DNA from: Octopus sinensis
Lineage: Eukaryota
Reading direction: 5' to 3'
NCBI RefSeq assembly: GCF_006345805.1
Contig: NC_043005.1
Span: 60,264,001-60,328,000, forward strand
DNA length: 64,000 nt
The position numbers and the translations under genes are program-made. Of the stretch, positions 49,054 through 61,431 are shown piece by piece; positions within the stretch are counted from its first letter, which is position 1, and each line of letters begins with the position of its first letter. Below the pieces are notes generated by a model that worked only from the letters and a program-made list of their open reading frames with translations, made no database searches and was not told the origin of the DNA.

Positions 49054-51658
49054 CAAAATTAAAAAAATAAAAAAAATTAGAAAAGACCTGTCGATTCTTA
49101 ATGAAATCAGCAAACAAGCAACGCTACTGAGCAACAAAAAGAGAACAAAAATCCTCCGCAAATATAACATCACAGAAAAAGATTTGCTGGAGATAAAAGA
49201 AAAGCTGAAGCAAGATATCCTTGCCAAAGCTCAAAGGATCCGCCGGTACGAGAAACGCCAAGGCTTCTTTGAACAGAACAAAAAGTTCAACTCCGACCCC
49301 AAAAAGTTCTACCAAGAACTGGGCAAAAATAAAATAGAAGTCACTGCAGCACCAACGGCAGAAGAATTGGAAGAATTCTGGAAATAAATATGGTCGGCGA
49401 ACGAACAGCCAAAAAAAAGGAGTATGAAAATAACAAACTCGGCATCTGAACAACTTTGGACCCCCCATAACAACTGAAGAGGTCACCCAGGCACTGCAAA
49501 AACTAAGCAACGGGAAGGCACCTGGGCATGACAAGATCCCCAACTTCTGGTTGAAATATCTAACAGGAATGCACAAAAAGCTGGCTGACAACTTTAACAA
49601 CGTACTAGCAGAGCCAGAGACAATGCCTGAATGGCTCACGAAGGGGAAAACCATCTTAATTCCCAAATCAAATGAAACAACAAAACCAGAAAACTACAGA
49701 CCAATAACCTGCCTCCCTACTATGTTCAAGGCATTTACTGCAGTGATATCGCAAAGGCTGAACAAGCACCTGGACGAAAACAAACTGTTCCCAGAAGAGC
49801 AGAAAGGATGCCGCAAGGGCTCATATGGCTGTAAAGATCAACTAATGATTAATAAAGCCGTAACTGAAGACAGCCACAGAAAGAAGAAAGGCCTCAGTAT
49901 GGCCTGGATTGACTACAAAAAGGCGTTTGATAGCATCCCCCACACATGGATCCTCGAAACACTAGCCATTAACAAAGTAGCACCAACAATCATAAAATTC
50001 ATAGAGCACTCTATGAATAAATGGCAAACAGTCCTACACCTCCAAACAAAAGAGGGACTCATGAAAACCAAAGACATCCCCATTAGAAGAGGAATATTCC
50101 AGGGAGACACGCTCTCTCCACTCCTTTTCTGCTTGGCACTGTCACCTCTATCTGATATGCTAAATAGAACTGGATGCGGATATAAATGTTACGGCAAAAC
50201 GATCAGCCACCTTTTATATATGGATGACCTAAAACTATACGCTGCAAATGACAAACAACTGGAAACACTATTAAAGACAGTTCATGGATTTACCAAAGAA
50301 ATAGATATGAAATTTGGATTAGAAAAATGCGCCAAAGTAACCATGAAAAGAGGAAAACTAGTTAAGAGTAACAACATCACACTAGATAAAACCAATGAAA
50401 TAAAAGAATTAGACCAAAGCCAAACTTACAAATACTTAGGAATCCATGAACTAGATAAGACACAACACACACAAATGAAAGAGAAAATAAAAAAAGAATA
50501 TTATAGACGAGTTAGATCAATACTAAACACAGAGCTCAATGCTAAAAACAAGATAATAGGTATCAACACTTTAGCTGTCCCAGTTATAAGTTACAGCTAC
50601 AATATCCTTAACTGGACACGAAATGAACTGACCAAAATAGATAGGAAAACAAGAAAAATACTGACAGGATCTAGGATGCATCACCCAAAATCTGACATAG
50701 AAAGACTATATATACAACGTATAGAAGGTGGTAGAGGCCTTATACATCTGGAAAACTACTATAAAATAACCACCATAGGACTGCAAAAATACCTACTTCA
50801 GAAGGAAGGAAAACTGATCCAGATAGCAGCAAAACACGAGCAAAACAAAAAACTGTTCTCAGTATTTAAGGAAGCTGACAAATACAAACAAGAAATCATA
50901 CCACCTAATAAACACAAAGAAGAAGAAGAAGATGATGAAGAAACAACAAAAGCTATAAAACAAATGAAATCCAAACTAAAAATAGAACAGCAACGAGCCA
51001 TGATAAAACGATGGCAAGAAAAGCCCCTTCATGGTAAATACTGGACTAAACTAAACGCAAAAGAAATAGACAAAGAAAAATCCCAGCAATGGTTGAGAAG
51101 CTCAGGACTCAAAGCTATGCCAACATTATGGAATAACAACAGAAAAAAGATGGTATAGGCACACACCAGAAAAGGTCACAGAAAACGAGAAAGCAACCAT
51201 ACTCTGGGATATGCCGATACACACAGATAGAGAAATTAAGGCCAACAGACCAGATATAGTTGTCAGAGATCATGAAGAAAAAAAATGCTTTCTAATTGAT
51301 GTATCAATACCGGCTGATGACAACGTGTCTCTAAAAGAAATGGTGAAACTCTCAAAATACAAAGACCTGGAAATAGAGGTAACTAGAATGTGGAATCTGA
51401 AAACAGAAACAATTCCTATCATAGTAGGTGCATTAGGCACGATAAAAAAATATTCAGACAAATACAGAACAAAAACACCAGGACTTACAAACACATATAA
51501 CATACAGAAAATTGCACTACTAGGCACTGCACACATCCTACGCAGAACACTTTCCATACAATAACCATCAGAGCATCACAACAAATCACAGCACATACCC
51601 AAGGCACACAGAGCTGCGCTCGGTAGTGAAGTGAAAGCACGCTATAAAAATAAAACTA

Positions 51659-51661
<3 letters not shown>
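49051..51661 (+). mobile_element. R4/Dong-clade non-LTR retrotransposon, 5'-truncated copy 2
   Basis: RT motifs YRPITCL, EQKG, WIDYKKAFDSIPH, GIFQGDTLSPLLF, HLLYMDDLKLY, KFGLEKC, YKYLG. RLE motif RPDIVV..CFLIDVSIP..KLSKY. (AAT)n on both sides (48991-49050, 51662-51700). Confidence 0.95.
49551..51158 (+). pseudogene. Reverse transcriptase reading frame of the R4/Dong element, truncated by an internal deletion
   Basis: 535-aa ORF with complete RT motifs. Frame lost at the 51115/51116 deletion junction; upstream stop near 49385. Confidence 0.9.
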
Positions 51662-51700
<39 letters not shown>

Positions 51701-51954
51701 TGTATCCTTGAACAATCCTTATTCAGGGTCCTTTTGAGCGGGATGGGCTACTCGAACAGAACAAAATTCTAACTGGCCCCCAACTGCAAGGTCATGCACT
51801 GTTTATCTTGATATGAGGTCACCATGTCGCGCACATATGTTTGTGATGCATATGCCTAGTGTACCATTATCAGACGGGTAGCCATGATGGGTATACTGGG
51901 CTTCGTATATTTTACCCCAGTGTCACTTTGATGGCATGCACTGCTCTCTCACTC
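51701..51954 (+). mobile_element. 5'-truncated copy of the ~550-nt (AAT)n-associated element
   Basis: Colinear with ~52300-52552. (AAT)n on both sides. Confidence 0.9.
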
Positions 51955-51966
51955 AATTATAATAAT

Positions 51967-52003
<37 letters not shown>

Positions 52004-52552
52004 GATGCAGTACCAGGCAGTGGCTCTCATGGCTTCTGATCTTAACTGATTGGAAGTGTTATCATGTACATTGTTTTGTCTTGGTATAAAAGATGGGCTA
52101 CAGCAAATATTCTGCTCAATACCACAGATTTGCTTGTCAGTTGTTTGACCTTAACCAGTTGAGCATGTCCCTTAGTGGCTGACGATATGTGCATCTCTGA
52201 TCATGAGCAGAAGTAGTGGGGGAGCATCATAGCCATGTGTTGAGAAGGATTCTTTGGGGTTTGAATAATTCACCTCTGGAAACATGGGTGTTTCGTTCAA
52301 CGTCCTTAAACAACCCTTATTCAGGGACCTTTTGAGCGGGATGGGTTACTCGATCTGAAGATAATTCTAACTGGGCTCCACCTGCAAGGTCATGTGCTGT
52401 TTATCTTGATATGAGATCACCATGTCGCGCACATATGGTTGTGATGCATGTGCCTGGTGTACCCTTATCAGACGGGTAGTCATGATGGGTATACTGGGCT
52501 TCGTATATTTTACCCCAGTGTCACTTTGATGGCATGCTCTGCTCGCTCACTC
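52004..52552 (+). mobile_element. Unit-length ~550-nt non-coding element bounded by (AAT)n
   Basis: Starts gatgcagtacca (same start as the 52785 copy) and ends gctcactc-(AAT)n. No long ORF and no clear box A/B. Confidence 0.85.
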
Positions 52553-52577
52553 AATGATAATAATAATAATAATAATG

Positions 52578-52641
<64 letters not shown>

Positions 52642-52784
52642 TAATAATAATAATAATAATAATGTTAATAATAATAATAATAATAATAATAATTATAATA
52701 ATCATGATGATGATGATGATGATGATGATGATGGTGATAACAATAACAACAACAACAACAACAGCAGCAATAATAACATGTTCT

Positions 52785-53055
52785 GATGCAGTACCAAACA
52801 GTGGTTCTCATGGCTTGAAGTGCACTCTTATCTGAATGGAATTGTTATCATGTATATTTCTCGTCTTCGTATAAAATATCGGCTGCAGCATATATTCTGC
52901 TCAATACCACTGATTTGCTTGTCGATTCCCCCACTTTAACTAGTTTTAAAATGTTTGTGATGCATGTGTCTTGTGTACAATTATCAGTCAAGTAGCCATG
53001 ACTTTTATATTGGGTTTCATATATTTTCTACCTCAGTGTTACTTTCATGGCATGC
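52785..53055 (+). mobile_element. Older, internally deleted copy of the ~550-nt element
   Basis: gatgcagtaccaaacagtggttctcatggctt...atattctgctcaataccac.gatttgcttgtc...gtgatgcatgtg...catggcatgc-taataa. Confidence 0.8.
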
Positions 53056-53820
53056 TAATAACAAAAGATCGCTTATTTAATCTTCAAATGCACATAACAG
53101 TAATATATTTCGTTCATTTGCATGACATCGTAACATTATTAATGTTTCATAATTAATTCACATCGAGCACATACCATTTCATTATATATTATACCTGCAG
53201 GAATCTGAACCGGACTACAGTCTGCTTTATTTTACCGAATGTGTAAATGCATTACGTAATTTAATATTCTATAATGGATCATTTATAATTCAGTACAAAG
53301 CGTAATAATTTTTTGTTAGTTTGACTCCGAGGTAAAGAGAAAAGATTTGAAATTAAAACTAAATCCGTAAAGACAATATTGATTCATGTGTAAATTATAA
53401 AATTTCTAAGTATTCCCTCAGATTTTATTTTCTACACAATCTCTTCACAAAAATATCACGTTCAGATTAATAATAGTTCTTCACATTAAGACAATCGTAA
53501 ATAATCTGCTCTAAATTAGGCTATTAAATTCTTTCAGGCTTTCATTTACAGTTATACATACATTAGGTGGTAAGGTATTTTATTGTTCAATGGTAAATAT
53601 ATAAAAAATGTAATGAAATATAAAATATAAAAATGTACTGAGATTACGCGAATGTGAGTATAATTTTGCAATCAAATGTCGTAGATGATTCAAATTGCAC
53701 ACATTGATCGAATAACATTTCCTCCAAAGTACATTTTTCTGTTCCTCATTGCAAGAAATTATTGGGTCATAAGCAGAATTAACATGCCGATACTGAGTTC
53801 AAGACGAAAGAGTCATGGTT

Positions 53821-54350
53821 ATCCGACATCCACTGAAGTCAAAAGTTATTTACAAAGATGACGCGATTGACGATGGGATCGACGTTCACAGATAAATTAA
53901 GTTTAAGAAAAAGAATAGTGGAACACATCAACTGCAGCAACAGCCGTTCAAGAATTTGGACCTGGAGATCTCCATTTCCAGTAACTTCGAGGGCCACCTC
54001 CCAGTGGTGTCGGGCGTCAACGAAGAGCCCACGACAACAACAAAACGTCCAAAGTTTTATTTCCAATGTCTGGGGTCTCCCGCCCCTAAGCCCTTAGACA
54101 ATCACCTAATCACCCTTTCCCGTGTTGTTGCTTAACAACTACAACAACAACAACAGCAACAGGCACGAAGTGACAAGTGGACGAATAGATTTTCGCGAGC
54201 AGACGAATCAGAATCTGTGAGATTTATGTGGATCTGGACTGTGATACAACGTATTGCACCAGATGATGGGAGACTGTCTTTACCGAAAACTGTATAAGAA
54301 GTGCCTCCTCGGCAGATGAGACAAATGAACACATGTGATCTCATGATCTG
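53821..54350 (+). pseudogene. Unassigned decayed coding-like segment (possible retrocopy or pseudo-exon)
   Basis: Visibly GC-richer than its flanks. One frame reads about 155 codons (53821 to ~54295) with only two internal stops and a poly-Q run. Confidence 0.3.
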
Positions 54351-57300
54351 GAAAAAAGATTCAGTTTGTGGAACTGTGTTCCACCATTTTTCAAATGCTT
54401 AAGCCATTCAGAAGCCAGTGACCGGCACTGAAAACCACAGTGACAGATCTTTTGGTTATCATGGCTGTCATTCTCTTTCATTTCCGGGAGAGTAGCTGTA
54501 CCGTGGAAAGATAACTAGTGCACCTGAGTGGTGCGGTTTCAATACATATTCAATAATATGCCCAACACGATTGCCTCTGTTATGCTGAACAAACTAGCAT
54601 AAGCCATGATTCATCAAAATCTGTCCAGAATTCCCCCTCACAATTGTTATAAACGTCACATGGGCTTGCACCAAATACTTGGTCCTCTTCCACCCTTCAT
54701 CACAACCACAACGCTCTAGATCTCTCCTTGCCTAAGTACCTGCAGTGACAGACTTACAGATATTCAAATAGAACATTAAGATCATTGATGTAACTAGTTA
54801 TTTCCGTCAAAGATTATTTCAATTTCCTTTGTGGGTACCTGTAAAAGGTTTCATTGTTCAACATACCTTGTAGAACAGAACTTTCGAAATATGATAATTA
54901 CATCTCAACCAAGTTCTAGCATTTATAAAATAAAATATAATAGCTGGTAAATTTAATCTTGTGCATTTTATTTTTTAGCATGTAGCAATATCAACTTTTC
55001 ACATCAGGGAATATGTTAAAGGAGAACTCTATAGAACACTTCAACTCCAGAAGAAAATCTGAATGTTTAGACTTGGTGAAAATATCTCCTAGTCTCATAC
55101 ACCAGCATATCACGTGATGTTTCTTTAAAATCATATGCAGAAACTCAGAAACATCTGCTCACACCAGTTGCTCAGTTTTGTCCTGAATGACAGAACATTT
55201 CAATCTGAGGTATCAGCTACATATTTGACTATTAGAACCAATTATTGACACTGAGTGCTACGTAAGGAATAAGAAAAGTTTACACATAAAGGTATCGTTC
55301 ACTTACGCCACTAACGATTGTCTGAAAATGAGTAGCATTCGAAACTGAAAAACATATCTTATAAATTAATACCACATACAATGCCTCAACGAGGTTACAT
55401 AAGTTGGTGTTCCTTTTGACTTTTGACAAGGAGCAATTTTCCTATAATTCGGCGAAAGGCTATAAGAATACTTAGCGTAGGTATTTATATTGAACTGCAT
55501 TAGCTTATAGAATAAAGGGCAACGATCAAAGAGAAAAGGCAAACCAATTTTGGCAAAGCCAAAATTGCAACTCTTAAAAAACTTGTCCTTTTATACATTA
55601 GAAAGACTGAAAATATTTATTTGTTTAAAGGGGTGTGCATGTGATGGTGGTAAATATTGTACTTGCAGTAGAAATGAGATGATGCCATATCAATTTCTGA
55701 AGCACACTAACTCAATATACACACCAATCCATATTCTAATTTCGTGTTGCTCACTAAACCTGGAGATTTAATATTGTTCGCTGAAAATAGAAATAACTGT
55801 ATAAACATTAAAAGTTTACTAATTTTGTTGAATGCTAGAATATATTTAATATCAGACACTCGAATATCACTTCTCCCGCCTTTCTCTGATGTGAAAGTGA
55901 CATAATGATCCCATTAGGAACCAAAATTAATATTGCAAACGACGTGCAATGGCAGTCGTCTAATTAAAATTGGAGATGTTACTAAAATCAATGCTAGCTT
56001 AATTTCACGGACTACATGTTTTCGTAATAAGGAAGACAGCACTTAATCAGCATTCTCGGATATAGAAAATTGTTTTAGTGTTTACTTTTGTATTTGAATG
56101 AACATGTGTACTTCGAGACACGAGGAATGTTTAATAATACAGATTATTTATCGATAATAGAAATGATGGATCCAAAATTCCGCGAGGTCACCAGAATTTA
56201 AACAAAATATACATCTTTCATAAATACCTAAACATTTGTTGATAAGCAGACCAGCAATGAATAATCTCTAAAAAGGAAGCTGTCCTCTTTTACCATGATT
56301 AGAAATACTATCCCCAAATATCGTTCTTCAATACACTTTATTAAACTTTTAGTCAGATGAATGGGTGCAGCACATGTGGGTCTCCGACATTGATAACAGA
56401 AAGGTAGGTGGTTTCTATGACAGCGGATAAAGTATGAATGGATGTTGCAAAGTTGACACCTCTTAAATCACTATGGGCCTAAGGTTGGAGATAAACTGAG
56501 CAACGGATTACGTCTGGCACTCAAGATGCTTATAGTGATACATTAAACAATGTTGAATATCATATCTAAAGCTAGATGAATTACGCTGTTTGTTGATATT
56601 TCGATTGTGATTGGGCTTTATTTTCCCCGATACGTAAGGAGCACTTTTACATTCGAAAGCATATTTGACAATCTATAGATTTAAATATTTGAACATAGAC
56701 TGTAATGAACAAGAGGCTATTTTCAATTGATTATCTTTCTAGTGCAGGAAAATTTCGGTCGAGTCAAAATAAACCAGTTCTGAAAATAAATATTGCTATC
56801 ACATCCTTCGACACCAAGAATCCATTATACGTAAAGATATGTCCTATTTTCAATTCATTTCCATTTAAATGGAATCAATGCATGCAGTGTTTACTTCTGA
56901 AATATGTGATTACTTATCTGTTGAAAATACTTTAATAATACTGAAAGGAAAGATTATCCTTTAAAGTCACGCTACGTATAACATTGCTCAAAATTCATTA
57001 AAAAAAGAGTATTCTTGTTCTGCGAGATATGCATTTCAGTTAAGGTGACGTGTGTTGTTGTAATGGTTCTTGTCTAGCCCTAGTTCAGCAGAAATCGGAT
57101 ATGCTTTTGGTCGCAGAGATTTCGCCTGAGACCATAGGATCTCAGTTTCAGAATCATCTTATTGAATTAGATGATTCAATTTTATTTTCAGAATGAAGAC
57201 CACAACCTGCAATTTGTATTTCCTGAGAGATTTAGATACTACTTCTAGAGAATCTAGTATTAACTGTAAGTTATACTGACGCATGACATTGCTTATTATA

Positions 57301-57402
57301 TCGCAGTGAATTCCTCAGAAGATGAGTAAGTGTATTGCAGAGTTAAAATACTGAGCAAAGAAAGAATAACCAATAACACATACATTAATGTGTGTGTATA
57401 TA

Positions 57403-58689
57403 CGAGGGACGTTCAATAAGTAATGCCTCTGACCCACTTGCAGTTGTTTGATCTAGCTGAAATTTTGCATGTGCAAACATTTATATCTCTATAGAGTAAG
57501 TGGTAAATTACAGCTCTGAATTAATTGTGGTTTCTGATTTACAGGTGTTTGAACCGAGTCAAGTGTGAAATGGAGCCTGTTGAGTGTCGAGCAGTGATCC
57601 GGATTTTGTATTTGAAAGGACGCACACCACGGGAGACTTTTGATGAAATGGAAGTAACTTATGGTGATGATGCCCATCATATGACCTTGTAAACGCTGGC
57701 ATCGTGAATTCAAACATGGTCTGAACTCTGTGGAAACAGCTCCCAGATCTGGTCGCCCCCTTCTGCCATTGATGAGGCATCTGTCCGTCAAGTTGAGGCT
57801 GCCATTTTGGAAGATCGACGCATAATTATTCGCCAAATAGCCCATGAGGTCAAGATTAGTACCGGTTCTGTGGAAACTATCATTCATGACCATTTGCAAA
57901 TGCAAAAGGTGTCTGCTAATGGATTCCCAGGTTGCTCATGCCTTTCCAGCAGCAAGAACGCGTCGAGTGCTCGAGGGTGAATTTGGAGATGTGCCGAGAA
58001 GATGAGTCAAACTTTTTCAAAAGACTGATTGCACAGGATGCAACCTGGGTCCATCACGATGATCCAGAGACCAAAGCCAAGTCAATGCAGTGGAAGCACC
58101 GTGACTCACCCCCTCCAAAGAAGGCAAGGGTGCAGCCCTCCGCTGGCAAGGTCATGCTTACAGTCTTCTGGGACCAGGACGGAGTAGTGATGACATATTT
58201 CCTGGCAAAGGGTACCACAATTGAAGGAGCTTATTATGCTTCACTTTTGAGGAAATTAAGAGAAGTTATCAAAATCAAGAGGCGGAGCAAGACCAGCAAA
58301 GGCATCCTCCTCCTGCAGGACAACGCTCCGGTCCACAGCTCGCTTGTCGCCAGATCAGAAGCACAGGCGTATGGCTATGAACTCCTCCCCCATCCCCCTA
58401 CTTTCCTGACCTTGCACCCTCTGATTTTCACCTCTTCCCAGTCATGAAGTTGTTTTTGAAAGGAAAGCGTTTCCCAGATGATGCAGCCTTGATTTCTGAA
58501 GTCACGTTGAGGTTGGAGGACCAATTGGGGTCTTCTACAAAAACGGTCTGCAGAGCCGCATCAAACAATGGGAGAAATGCGTAACTCTGGGTGGTTCCTA
58601 TGTAGAAAAAGACTAATAACTGTGCCAAGTTTCGTTGCTCTACGGCTATGGGAAGTGGGTCAGAGGCATTACTTATTGAACACCCCTCG
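57403..58689 (+). mobile_element. Full-length mariner (DD34D) transposon, non-functional
   Basis: 37-bp TIRs cgagggacgttcaataagtaatgcctctgacccactt and its reverse complement (2 mismatches). TA target duplication at 57401-02 and 58690-91. 1287 bp. Confidence 0.97.
57570..58616 (+). pseudogene. Mariner transposase pseudogene
   Basis: MEPVECRAVIR.., WIPRLL, DATWVHH.DPETK, SAGKVMLTVFWD, LLQDNAPVH, frameshifted HPPYSPDLAPSDF-like motif, stop at 58614-16. Several frameshifts. Confidence 0.95.
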
Positions 58690-58795
58690 TATATGTGTGT
58701 GTGTAAGAATTAAAATATAAACTCAAATTAGCCAATAAATCTTTTATACATACTCATAAATTTATAATAATGAGTATGTATAAAATGTTGATTGT

Positions 58796-59123
58796 GAAGG
58801 CGCATGGCTCAGTGGTTAGAGCATCGAGCTTACGTTCGTCAGGTTGTGAATTCGATTCCCGGACTGTGTTTCGAGTTGTGTTCTTGTGCAAGACACTTTA
58901 TTTCATGTTGCTCCAGTTCACTCAGCGGTAGAAATGAGTTGCGACATCACTGCTTCCAAGCTGTATCGGCCTTTGCCTTTCGCTTGGATAACATCAGTGG
59001 TGTGGAGAGGGGAGGTCGGTATGCATGGGCAATTACTGGCCTTCCATAAACAATCTTGCCCGAACTTGTACCTCGGAGGGTAACTTTCTAGGTGTAACCA
59101 ATGGTCATTCATGACCGAAGGGG
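58796..59123 (+). mobile_element. tRNA-derived CORE SINE
   Basis: Box A TGGCTCAGTGG (58805-15), box B-like aattcgattcc (~58849-59), CORE-like gtgttcttgtgcaagacacttta...ccagttcactcagcggtagaaatgagt, tail gtcattcatgaccgaagggg. Confidence 0.88.
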
Positions 59124-59271
59124 ATCCCCCCATAAATTGTTGATTGCCTAATTTGAGTTTATATTTCAATTCTTATCTTTTGTCTCGGCTTCGACTCAAT
59201 CACATCCTAAACAGTTCTACATATTTAGTAAGAAAGAATAATAAGATGCATGTATATGTGTGTGTGTCCAT

Positions 59272-59303
<32 letters not shown>

Positions 59304-59829
59304 GAGTGTATGTACATGGCAAACAAGATGCAAAAATGATATATGTACACACTGACACACATATACACATGCATATATATATGTATATGTATAATTATCT
59401 TAAATTTGAAACCTCACTGCAATTCTTGTTAATTTCCAAATAAGTAAAACGTAATGGGAAACTGATATTAATTTATCTCCTCCGTTCTATAATATTTTTA
59501 ATGCCATATTGTGTAATGAGTAAATATCTTCACGAAAACTTTGCCTTTTCAAACAACTATTATTTTTTTTCATTGATCAATAGTTATAATCATTTGCCCG
59601 TCATTTCTGTTTATAAGAATACTGATAATCAATCGTTATATGTCGAGCTGTCATAAAATTTTGTTTGCTTTTATTTAGAAAATAACTGTATCTTAACTTA
59701 ATAACTTGCTTTCATATTGAATTATCTTGTTTGTCTCTCTAATACAAAAAGATGTATGTGCATATATACATATGTTTGTGTGTGTGATCTGGTTCTATAC
59801 AGATATATGTATATATCTATCTATACATA

Positions 59830-59948
<119 letters not shown>

Positions 59949-60453
59949 ACATACATATTTATATACGCATATTTATGTTACTTCAGGACAATCAATAGGA
60001 GATTAATGAAATATATATTATACATATTTCATTAATGCTCTATTGATTTGATTAAGTGCATTTCTAGACATTCTGTGCTAAATTCCATTCCATTCTTCAT
60101 GCTGACAGTCATAAGAATGGCTGTTTGTTTAATTAATTGATGTACTGAATTATAAAATGAAGCGCGTTTCGCATTTTATTTTACTGTTCTTTTTTCTTCA
60201 GTCTGTTAGCCTTTTGAAAATGCTACTCAGAGACAATAGAATTTCATAGTATTTTATTGGAAAATAATAAGAAAATATATTATTGTAGATGCATTCCTGA
60301 AAACAATCTATTTAATTATTCAAGCACTACTTAGCTGTCACGAACATTTAAATCTGTTCGTATGTATGTATGCGTACGTGCATACATACATACATGCATA
60401 CATACATACATATATACATACATATGGACATGCATAAATACATATATACTAAT

Positions 60454-60525
<72 letters not shown>

Positions 60526-61360
60526 GTGTGTGTCTGTGTGAATATAACAACACATTAGTAAGTATTTGTGTTAAGAATGTGTGTTTATATAAACATATCT
60601 ATGTGTACATATAATGTATGCAAGATATTAAATATACTTATGGACATATGTCTGACGAAATATGTTTTGGAGAATGTATACTGTTAAAATTCATAAAAAT
60701 ATTTGTTACATCAGAGTATCAAATTTACATATGTGAATGTCGCATATTTCCCGATGTATTTATTTTTTGTAGATTATGTTATTCTTAAGTGTATATTATA
60801 TTCTACAATCATAACTGAAGATATTTATAACATCGTATAAATGAGTAATTTACTATAAATCGACGTAGAGAGTGCTATAACATATGAGAAAAGGAATACA
60901 GAGAGAAGTGGGTAAAGGCTGTCTCTAAAGTGCATGTTTACATGTAGAAAATATCTAAAAATAAATATTTTTGTTGATGTTTCTTACACTTAAGAATTAC
61001 AGCAAACCTAAGTTCTAAAACGTTTCAGTCGACAGAATCCCGCGTATTTCTATATCTAGGAATATATTACCAAAAATATATTCTTGCACTCTTGAGAGAG
61101 TTAGATGTTTTTTGAAGAAATTAAGCTACTTTTCTTGCCGGTTTAATTGCCGTTAAATTGTTGGCCCTATTCCTGCATGGATGATTTTTATGAATGTTTC
61201 TAAATACAAACTTGTCACAGTACGCCACAGTCTCGCTGTATGCAAATGGAACGGAATTTCAATAAAACAGTCGTATATATTCTTAACGTATATACAATGT
61301 TGCCAGGTTGAACGCTGGAGAATTAATCTAAGATAATATCTTCATAAACATGTTTCATTT

Positions 61361-61397
<37 letters not shown>

Positions 61398-61431
61398 GAT
61401 AAGAAAATTATCCAACCAGTGACACTAGAGA

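Noticed and set aside
49124-51557. Minus-strand ORFs (49124, 49913, 50798, 51270) and 48657, 48985
   Set aside because: Antisense shadows of the R4/Dong reading frame.
52004-52200. HDV-like ribozyme at the 5' end of the 550-nt element
   Set aside because: A 6-bp match (gatgca/tgcatc) exists, but I could not build the P2/P3/P1.1 nested pseudoknot around it by eye.
60155-60210. Minus-strand CTGAAGA...GAAACGCGCT hammerhead-like match
   Set aside because: Stem II cannot pair and the cleavage triplet and stem I are broken; at best a relic. Similar weak relics at ~18545-18600, ~20365-20395 and ~35310-35355 were also not called.
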